Shown here piece by piece: positions 52,187-62,016 of a stretch of DNA of 64,000 bases (the stretch's first letter is position 1; each line of letters opens with the position of its first letter). The position numbers were made by a program, and so were the translations under genes. The notes beneath the pieces are model-generated. The model made no database searches and had not been told where the DNA came from. It worked only from the letters and a program-made list of their open reading frames with translations. Origin of the DNA: Haliotis cracherodii (Eukaryota); assembly GCF_022045235.1 (NCBI RefSeq), contig NW_027266264.1:48918001-48982000 (forward strand), in the 5' to 3' direction.

Positions 52187-53345
52187 AGTGATGGTAGTCG
52201 TGTACAGTCAGTGTTCATTAAGTGATGGTGGTCGTGTACAATCAGTCTTCATTAAATGATGGTGGTCGTGTACGATCAGTGTTCATAAAGTGATGGTAGT
52301 CATGTACAGTCAGTGTTCATTAAGTGATGTTGGTTGTGTACGATCAGTGTTCATTAAATGATGGGGGTCGTGTACGATCAGTGTTCATATTTAAGTGATG
52401 GTACTCATGTACAGTCAGTGTTCATTAAGTGATGTTGGTTGTGTACGATCAGTGTTCATTAAATGATGGGGGTCGTGTACGATCAGTGTTCAAAAAGTGA
52501 TGGTAGTGTACATTAAGTGTTCAGTAAGTAGTGGTGGTCGTGTACAGTGTCCAGTAACTGATGGTGGTCGTGTACAGTCAGTGTTCAGTAAGTAGTGGTG
52601 GCAGTATACATTAAGTGTTCAGTAAGTAGTGGTGGTCGTGTACAGTGTTCAGTAAGTGATGGTGGTCATGTACAGTCAGTGTTCAGTAAGTAGTGGTGGT
52701 CGTGTACAGTCAGTGTTCAGTAAGTAGTGGTGGTCATGTACAGTCAGTGTTCCGTAAGTAGTGGTGGTCGTGTACAGTGTTCAGTAAGTGATGGTGGTCT
52801 TGTACAGTCAGTGTTCAGTAAGTAGTGGTGGTCGTGTACAGTCAGTGTTCAGTAAGTAATGGTGGTCGTGTACAGTCAGTGTTCAGTAAGTAATGGTGGT
52901 CGTGTACAGTGTTCAGTAAGTGATGGTGGTCGTGTACAGTCAGTGTTCAGTAAGTGATGGTGGTCGTGTACAGTCAGTGTTCAGTAAGTGATGGTGGTCG
53001 TGTACAGTCAGTGTTCAGTAAGTAGTGGTGGTTGTGTACAGTCAGTGTTCAGTAAGTAGTGGTGGTCGTGTACAGTCAGTGTTCAGTAAGTAGTGGTGGT
53101 CGTGTACAGTCATTGTTCAGTAAGTAGTGGTGGTCGTGTACAGTCAGTTTTCAGTAAGTGATGTGGTCGTGTACAGTCAGTTTTCAGTAAGTGATGTGGT
53201 CGTGTACAGTCAGTGTTCAGTAAGTGATGTGGTCGTGTACAGTCAGTGTTCAGTAAGTGATGTGGTCGTGTACAGTCAGTGTTCAGTAAGTGATGTGGTC
53301 GTGTACAGTGTTCAGTAAGTAGTGGTGGTCCTGTACAGTCAGTGA
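52187..53345 (+). repeat. 34-bp (30/33-bp variants) minisatellite, about 35 copies
   Basis: AAGTAGTGGTGGTCGTGTACAGTCAGTGTTCAGT. Confidence 0.96.
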
Positions 53346-54819
53346 CTTTCATGTACCTGCTGTAGTGTAAAATTCAAGCGGTATACACTTGAGGATGGTA
53401 CGCTTATTAATCAGAATGTTTGGTTTGAAACGGTGCTAGCTATTAAAGAGAGTGTTCACCAAGAGCAGTATTGAGAGTGATCAATAGCAACTTATCACTT
53501 AATATTCAATATTGATCAAAACCTTTTCATAACTAAGCCATGTCATGGAGCCTTCTTAGTGACCATCTTATCATGAGTGCACAGGGGGCTCATGGTTGAG
53601 CTTGCCAACAACAGTCCTCTCTCATTCAGGATATCAGGTAGTAAATACGGATCATATTGAAAGAAAATGTTTCAAAGACGTTTCTTATGGAATGTGTTGT
53701 ATAGGCCTCACCATGGTTGTTATGTGTTCCCATGGCTGGAGGTTGGGGACGTGCAATGACATGGCCTATGGCATCGGGTGAACGTCCTAACCTGGTCTCA
53801 GTACAGGGCGGTCACAAAACAATATCACTGCCACGTCTCCAACACAGACCTGACATCATGTGGGTTGCCCAAACTCTCTCAATATGTGATTAGTAATGTG
53901 GGTTGCATAACAATGCTTGTATATTCCATACTGAAGAATAGGAAAGAGAAAACAAACCAGAAGCATAACCATATAATGTACCTAAATTGTTTCTCTCTTT
54001 CTTGCCTTAAGGTGCCCAACCTGAGCAAAAGGCCATGAAAAGAAAATAATATAAAAAAAGATATATTTTTGTTTAATGTCTGCTCCATTTTTCGTGGATT
54101 GGGAAAACAGAAAGTTACACCTGCAACAGTAACTGTTAAACTTTCAGATAAAAACTGACCAGGTGCATCATTAATACATCATCATTAATACAGTCTCTGT
54201 CCACTGAACCCATCTAATGTAGAGAGCTGAGCCTTCACTGATATCCTTAGGACAGACGGAGTTACAACAAATAGTTTTGGAATTAGGGTTGAATCAGGAG
54301 TACCCTGATGATTCCCTTGAAATAGATAGCTTATTAATGTATGTGCATGGACTTCTTAACATTAATCATGAATTAAAGGGGTCACTGATAGTAAAAAACT
54401 AAATCTTGACTTCAAATGGCTATTTAGTCATTATTTTGGTGTAGTTGAATGTACGTTTCCTATGTATCCGACAGCGGTCGCGTCACAAGCTCCTTAAGGT
54501 CGGAAGTTATTTATGAACACAGTTTAGACGTGGAAATATATATGTTCTAAATATATAAATAAATAAATATATATATATAATGTATCAAAGGTAGTAAACA
54601 TCCAGTAAACTCATAGAACTTGATGACAATTAGAAGAACAAATATTGTGCTACACAACTTATTCATATTTTGACCCTCTGAAACTAATTGATTACCGTTT
54701 TGTTTTTGTTTTGTTTTGTATATATACTGAGTGAGCAGCTTCCACTCTTGGGTTCAAGTTTCGGGGAAATTGCTATTTGTATATTTTGTACAGTCAAAAA
54801 TATATCATATTGCTTCAGG

Positions 54820-55099
54820 GGGTACGTATGGCCCAGTCATCTTAAGGCGCTGCTATTCACTGTGCAGTGTTGCGTCCCTTGGGCATGCCAGAAACCTATG
54901 ATTGTGGCTTCAAATCCCGATTCGCCCTGATTATGTTTCTAGGTTTATCAGCACCATACCCGTGCCCATGGGTTTCACCGAAGTGGTAAATGTCTGAGAC
55001 ATGCATCACTTCAGGCTCTCCTCCTACATTAAACTGACACGCTGTGATATAACTGGAATACTGTTAAAAGCGGTGTTAAACCCAACTCACTCACTCACA
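54820..55099 (+). mobile_element. tRNA-Leu-like SINE, family C
   Basis: TGGCCCAGTCATCTTAAGGCGCTGC..TTCA..GCAGT resembles the tRNA-Leu(CAG) 5' half. Degenerate B-box GCTTCAAATCCC, tail ACTGGAATACTGTTAAAAGCGGTGTTAAA(ACTC)n, TTCAGG flanks. Confidence 0.75.
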
Positions 55100-55109
55100 T
55101 TCAGGTGAA

Positions 55110-57010
55110 CAAATAGGAGATAACAAAAAACTTTGTCAATAAAAATGTGAAATTTGTGATAAAACATCACTCGACAGGATGATTTTCAGTTTCAGTTGTA
55201 TTTCCTATTACCGGTATGCTTGCCATTGTTTTATATCATGAGATAAAGATCACCATGTGTATTTGTCTCTGAAACTAAGCCAGAAATAGCAATCAGCTGT
55301 ACACACATTTTGTACCAATGTTGAGTTTAAAAAAATACCCAAAATTATAACTGAAAAGGATTTTAAGGCAGTGATTGGAAGAAATTGTATCAGAAACTAT
55401 TATTGTCCCAGGAATAATATATTCTAATATATTGTTATTTTAGATGCAGCATTTACTCTACACACTAAAAACAAAAAATAACCATAAGTATAGCATTTTG
55501 GTATTCTGCAAGATATGTTACGTAAGGAATATTTTCATGTTCAGCGTTTGAGGCTCCCTGCAGTCTTGCAGTTTCGAATGCAAAAACAATATGTAGACAT
55601 ATAATGGTCAACTACAACAGATATGACTATTTATGAGTCTTTGTATTAGGGGTCCGGAAAATGTAAAATCCCAATCGGACATTTGCATTTATGCCACGCC
55701 CCCTTCAAATAGCATATTTTAGTACGACTTTTCAAACATATTTCAAGTTGTTACGTATTCATAATATGATGAAATAAACAATATAAACACCGATATTCAT
55801 GTTGTTTTATTTACATACATAAATATGAATATTAATAACAAATGACAAGGCCATATTTACAACTTTTCCTGTATCATCTATCTGCATGTTTCGCCTGCCC
55901 TTCCATCGTCGTAGCGTCGGTGTAGGGTCAAAGTTGTTCAATCTTGTTCCGCATTTTAGAATTACATGGAAAACATACATTTATTTCTGTTATAATATTG
56001 ATTTGTTCCATAGTGAACGGTCAGTCTTCTAATTAATATTCATGAATTGTATCTGCTTGAGTGTATGTGTTGTTACATTTGGATCGAGGCTATATCCCAT
56101 ATTTGGTTATCACGTGACCTCACGGGAAAAGATTTTATTTAAAACTGAAGACTTTTTAAAAACAAGACAGATAATATGACCACAAATACTAAAATATCGT
56201 TGATAGAGATAGATATTTGAATATCTTTTTCATCTGTACTTAAAAATTTATCGATTGTCACAGAAAACAAAATGGCAGACGATCAAGATTCAATATATGA
56301 CTGAAAACAATAAAATTCCTTTTACCTGAACATCATCTGCAAATCCTCACTGTATGTCAACCAAGTGAAAGTCGTTAACCACGACTTACAAAATGATCGT
56401 CCAGACTTTGAGGGTTTGGCAGATCCGCTCGACTGATCTCAAGTTATTGCCTATTACAGTGAATGACCACTTGGACTGTCATGCAGGTACAATGTATTTA
56501 CAGTAATCAAAACAAACAAAGCTTGTCAGTGTAGATGAACGTTATTGTGTTACAAGTGGAGACAGAAGTTGCTCAGTCCTAACTGTAGATGTCCAGTCAA
56601 AATTTAAGAATGTTCGGTCAAAATTTAAGAATGTCTGGACAGAAAAATTTAAGTGTCTGGTAAGAAATATTTCAAACCAGACAATTGAGATTCCAAATCG
56701 GACATGTCTGGGGCATATCCCTTGCTTTGTATGGCATTTTGATATATGTATCCATTCTATGACAACTAATGATTGTTTCAAGGTATCATTTGGGGCGATC
56801 TGATTATGGGTGCTGTAAATAATGGTGAGTGGGTGCAGTCTGCCAATCAGTTCACACTAGATTTCGTCAAAATTACTGTTCAGAATTGACAACAAACATA
56901 CATCAAGATATACAATGTACACTTTTTTTTACCACATAGTGTACTAAAAGGATTAACTAGTGTACATCAGAACAAATTTGTTGACTTTCTGTTTTCGGTG
57001 TCACATGTAA
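55110..57010 (+). mobile_element. Old Tc2/pogo-like MITE copy split by a nested insertion
   Basis: Homology to the family stops at 55646 and resumes at 56725. Outer boundaries approximate. Confidence 0.75.
55647..56724. mobile_element. Nested 1,078-bp non-autonomous hAT-like element
   Basis: Exact 8-bp TSD CTTTGTAT (55639-55646 and 56725-56732). Ends TAGGGG.../...CCCTTG, with subterminal CGGACA-like motifs. TIRs are degenerate. Confidence 0.7.
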
Positions 57011-60000
57011 TAATCAACTCAATGAGTATAGTGTCTCCTCCCCCCCACCCCTCTCTCCACAGATGTTTAGTGCGTGCGTGCATGTGTGTGTGCTATGCAC
57101 AGTAAAATCTGTTAACCATAAAGGAAAATAGTGTTGCCTAATTAAGACTCAATGGATAACATCCATCAAGGAAGTTTAACAATATCCAAACATTGCAAAA
57201 AGTGAGGGTTTTTTCTAGAATTAATTACATTGAAAACATGTGTCTGAAAGTCCATGATCTGAACTTTCCATTGCTTCCATAATTTCGAAATTACATGAAA
57301 TGAGTGTTTTTTAGATGGCAATTGCTGACCCATATGTAGTTGAAATGTAATATGTCTGTTTTTCTATACATAATATTCCTTAAGTCTATGCTCATTTAGC
57401 TTTCATGTTGAGATGTACAAACTGATATGAACTCACCTCTGGTGAACGAGGAATATCCCGAACACTTGTAAATGTGTGAAATGTGAAAAAAGTTTTCATT
57501 AAGTTTTTAAACAGAGGTCTTATGCTCAAGCCATAAAAGATCTTTGGAAATGCACCGTATTAGAAGGTTGAACATCAAGAGTTTGTTTTTGTGATGTTCT
57601 CATGCGATAAGTAATAACCTCACATGTGGTACAACTTATGAATCGACAGTTTGTCTCTCAGCGTTTAAAGTTGAAAGCAATATCAGTAGTCCATGTATTA
57701 TGATGATTAATTTAATGCCATATGAGAAGTGTCACACAAAGTGTAGGTATGTGTAGTTCATGGTCTGGATTAACGTGAACATATCAGCTTAGGCTAGTGT
57801 ATGGAAAAACAGGTCTGAGTTGAACAGTAATGAAGTGTTATGAGATGCTGTCCATCAAACTGCAGACTAACGCAACTAACAACTGCACTTCAATTAAAAA
57901 AGAGCCCCTGTGTGTGGGAGTTTCATAACCTAGTGAAAGTCTAGACTTGCTTTAATTAGAGCCATATCATTACAGTAAGGGCTGGGTAGAAGGGAAATTA
58001 TTATGGGTCAGGGACTGTGAGACAGACTTATCTAACAGCTAAGGTTATGTGTGTGGACAAACAGACCTAAGTTGAACACAGAATGAAGTGTGATGAAATG
58101 CTAGCTAAGCCATGTGTTCCTTTTGGCAGGCATTCAAGGGCAACTTACTTCCAGTGTTATATTGGCAGGGTCTAACTGCTATCATGGAAGATATGTATAC
58201 CTAAGTTCAAATGACATTTCCGTGAAAGACATATAAGCCATGCAACTCTGAAATTGGTCATCTTGTCTGCATGGATCTGAAGTAGGCCATCCTGCTGCTG
58301 TAAAGGAAGCTACACGGCAGCAAGTGGCCAGGCCAAACAGAAGGTGGAACACACATGTGGGGAGTGCAAGGGTTGCCCATGTGCTTCCATGTAATAGTAA
58401 AGGCATTCTTTGTCACTTGCCTCCCACTCCAGTGTTAGGGCTCTCTTTACTGTTTTCTACCACATTGCCAGGATTGTACTGTGCCGCCTCCGTCACCCGA
58501 TGTAGGCCAGGAGCAGACGGCCAAGTGCTTCCAGCAGCCCTCAATGTGCTGCACATTTACCCGCATTGTTGCCTTGAGTGGACACAATTCTATACAAGTC
58601 TTGCTTATCCCAATATTTGAAGGGTTGGACTGCTCCTCATTAGGCCAGGAATTCAGCATGGGACATGCTGTGGTTGGGTTTGAAAGAAGACCGGAAAAAT
58701 GAAGAATTGTATTCATCAGATTGATCCTTCTTATGAATGATAGAGCAGTATGCAAACATATTGGTCCTTCAGCCCAAATTTGACATTTCAAATTTGAGCA
58801 GGAATATTGTATTGGTACATATGTATACTATTCAAAAGAAGTTAAAGAACACCCAATGTTTTCATATGACTAATTCATCTGTCATAGCTGATTGGTATGC
58901 AAACATCCTTCCAGTTGTGGGTGTTCTTTAACTTGTTCTACTATACCTACTTGCATAGGTGGTGTTAGGCTAAGTTATCGTATGTCAGTTTACATAAGAC
59001 GTAACCTACCCTAGCTTTTTGATGAACAGAAGTGTAGTAACACTTGAGTCAGTAGTAAATAGCACACCCTAAGGAGAAAGTTTGTGTATGGTGGAGCGGA
59101 ACACAGTGTCCATGTGTAAGACATCTAACCTTTGTACACAGCTTGTGTAGGCACAAGACAACTTGTGGTAGGGATCCCTTCAAACATAGGTCAAGTGAAG
59201 AGGTATGGACCAGTAATGAAAACATTGCCAGCTTTGTTGGAGTGATTGCTCTGTAAGAAGTGCAGCAGACAAGCCCGAGTCAGGCAATACATGATTTAGC
59301 TGTAGCTAATGGCCTAAAACAAACTGGAAGGTTTATCATTTTCACATGTTGTGGGGCAGTGTTAGTTGACAGAGCATGGCGTTTCACTGGAAATTTAACT
59401 TTACCTTCGTTGACATACTGAAGATGTTTTGTATTTTATTCATGACAACTAGAAATCTTGAAATTTTTCAGTGAGATCAGATGATGGCGAAGGGCTCAAA
59501 TTCACACAATGCAGCGTTCATGCAGCTCCTATTAGCAAACCTTCTGCATCAAATCATTCTCAGTAATAAGTAATGTTTAGATAGGTTTATGAATTCTTTG
59601 AGCATTGCCTAGTCATTCTATATAAATTCTGTTGTACATTTGTGTAAACGTCGTGTTAAACAACATGTAAATTGAAGTTTGCAATACAACTTTTATATTG
59701 TAATCACCCAAAAGTTTTATTTCAACCCCCAATGCAATTGAAAATTGAGGAAAAACTCATTGTTGCATCTACTCCTGTGTTGCACCAGGGTGGCGGTGTA
59801 TTGTTTACACTCCAGTAGTGCTCAGTCACAATGTTCAACGGTGGCTGGCTGTATGCTTGGTCATAATGAAGCAAGAGTAATGTCCAGCTGCAGTTGAACA
59901 GTCACACTTACTGTGTGTGTCCACCACACCATAGTTGTTGTCATACACAGCAGATTATCCTCTGTGACTGACCCTAGGTATAGTGTTCATTGTTCTGGTC

Positions 60001-60432
60001 ACAGCAAAGTCCAAGCCTCCGCTATCTGATACAATTCTAAGTCACAAGTATGTGATGTACAGAATAGCTTATGTCCCCAATGACCAATGCTTGTAAGACG
60101 CTGTTGCCACGTAGCAGGGACAATATGCAGAGGCAAGACATCAACCCTATGCATTTGAATCTAAGGTCACAAATAAGTCCTTTTAGTAAGGGCCAATTGT
60201 ATTGTGTAAATAAATCAAGGTTTATAGCTGATATTAGATGCTTTGGGTATACTCAAGATGGCGAGGAAGTTTAGACTGGTTGTTTGTTCAAATCCTGAAA
60301 ATCATCATACAAATAGGATTCTGTTCAAAGCCACATTTTACTCCTCAGTTGAGGTTGATGGCTTTAGCATTTTTGTTGAGCTAGCACATGTATGTTATTA
60401 TGATTATGTACATGAACACACCTATGTTTCAG

Positions 60433-62016
60433 ATGCAGCAGATTCTGTACCAGAACTACAAAGAGGACAAGGGATCGTTCAAGAAGACGTTGAAGAGCAA
60501 GGAGGTGGAGAAGGCTGTGACCCTGCACCCAGTGAAGGACCCTGTGTATCAGTACCGCATCTACAACCATATCCAGTCCACCATCATCATGAACCTGCAT
60601 CAGAAAGAGCTGCAGCTTGTGCGCGAGGTCACCATGATGGAGCAGCTTCTGGGACTGCAGAAGTCCAACATCGTGGATGACAAGCTGGGCATCTTGCCCT
60701 CGCTCAATAAGTATCCACCAAAATCAGAGGAGGAGGTGCTCACTTGGGACTTTTTGGAAAAACCAATATATTCTCATAATCATTTGAATCCAAAACGGGG
60801 CATGGAGGCATCCTTGTCCGGGGCTTTGGATGATGTTGTGATGCAAGTCATGCAGTTAGTGAATAAAAATGCCCGCCAGAGAGGGAGGACTATAGATTTT
60901 AAAGAAATACTGTATGGTTATAGGAGGACTAACCCTTTATTTGGGGCAGATTACATTCTTGACTTATTGCTCATATATCGCAAACACAAGGGCCGCAAAA
61001 TGACAGTGCCTGTGCGTCGCCATGCTTATTTGCAGCAATCCTTTCTGAATATGTTGTTTACTGAGGAGATTCCCAAATATCATCCAAGGCCAAGTGTTGG
61101 GGGGCAAGTGATGAACTTGTTCAGGCAAATAGCAGGTGGCTCTGATGATCAGAAAGCTTTAGATAAAAGAAAAGAAACAATTCATTTGATAATGCCTCTT
61201 GCAGGACGATTAAAAATATTTCAGCGCTTTATGCGAAACATTGAGGAGGTGTGTTTAAAAACTGGTGAAAATGTGCATCTTCATGTGGTGTTGTTCAACA
61301 GTGAAAAGGAGGACATGGCTTTAGAGCGGAGCATCGATCTGCTTCAGAAGTATCAGAGAAAATATGGTGGCAATAGCATCGAGATCATACAAGCAAACGG
61401 TGCTTTCAATCGTGGTAGGGGACTGGAGTTGGGAGCTTCAAAATGCAAAAGTGATGCATTGTTGTATTTTGTGGATGTGGATATTGTTCTGAGGAGAGAT
61501 GCCCTTAATCGCATTCGCCTGAACACAAAGCAAGGCTTCCAGGTGTACTTCCCCATTGTGTTCAGCCAGTTCGACCCATCATCAGTGTGCCAGGAGGACA
61601 GCCAGCACTGTGTGTGCACCAGCACCAACAACTGTCTCATCAAGCCATACGACTTTCATCATGACACAGGCTACTGGAGACAGTTTGGCTTCGGTATTGC
61701 TGCCATGTATCGTAGTGACATGTTGTCAGTAGGAGGCTTCGATCTCAGCATAGAGGGCTGGGGGAAAGAGGACGTGGACCTCTACACGAAATTCATCGAA
61801 AGCAATATCACAGTGTTTCGCTCTATAGACCCAGGAATGACACATGCATTCCACCCAATAGAGTGTGATGCTAGTCTCGAGACAAACCAGATGACCATGT
61901 GTATCAACTCAAAAGCCCAGAGTTATGGGTCAGTGTGGCTGATGGCCAAGACGGTGTATGAAGAGGATGACATCATGCGGCGCCACGAGAAGCATGCACT
62001 GGATGTGCGATCCTAA
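60433..62016 (+). CDS. CHSY1: Chondroitin sulfate synthase 1, coding exon 2 (central region + GT7-like GalNAc-transferase domain), ends TAA
   Basis: Motifs TLHPVK..YQYR, GADYILDLLL, VPVRRHAYLQQ, PLAGR, FNRGRGL, FVDVD (DxD), YFPIVFSQF, GYWRQFGFG, GGFD, GWGKEDVDLY. 527 aa. The listed ORF start at 60388 is intronic. Confidence 0.96.
   Translation: MQQILYQNYKEDKGSFKKTLKSKEVEKAVTLHPVKDPVYQYRIYNHIQSTIIMNLHQKELQLVREVTMMEQLLGLQKSNIVDDKLGILPSLNKYPPKSEEEVLTWDFLEKPIYSHNHLNPKRGMEASLSGALDDVVMQVMQLVNKNARQRGRTIDFKEILYGYRRTNPLFGADYILDLLLIYRKHKGRKMTVPVRRHAYLQQSFLNMLFTEEIPKYHPRPSVGGQVMNLFRQIAGGSDDQKALDKRKETIHLIMPLAGRLKIFQRFMRNIEEVCLKTGENVHLHVVLFNSEKEDMALERSIDLLQKYQRKYGGNSIEIIQANGAFNRGRGLELGASKCKSDALLYFVDVDIVLRRDALNRIRLNTKQGFQVYFPIVFSQFDPSSVCQEDSQHCVCTSTNNCLIKPYDFHHDTGYWRQFGFGIAAMYRSDMLSVGGFDLSIEGWGKEDVDLYTKFIESNITVFRSIDPGMTHAFHPIECDASLETNQMTMCINSKAQSYGSVWLMAKTVYEEDDIMRRHEKHALDVRS

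Larger units (their letters stand above)
4371..60432 (+). other. CHSY1: 56,062-bp GT-AG intron of CHSY1
   Basis: Donor GTAAGA at 4371 and acceptor cctatgtttcAG at 60432. Joining gives in-frame WAYE|MQQILYQNY, colinear with the CHSY-family WSYEMQQLFYENY, so no internal coding exon is needed. Confidence 0.93.

Noticed and set aside
21473-53345. CRISPR-like appearance of the regular repeats
   Set aside because: Units are head-to-tail without unique spacers, there are no cas genes, and the context is a eukaryotic intron.
58182-58791. GC-richer patch with several 70-115-aa ORFs
   Set aside because: No recognisable domain and no consistent splice signals. Possibly a decayed element, but I cannot support a call.
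60388-60432. N-terminal MYVIMIMYMNTPMFQ of the 542-aa ORF as a separate gene start
   Set aside because: Lies upstream of the acceptor AG. The two ORFs are halves of one CHSY1.
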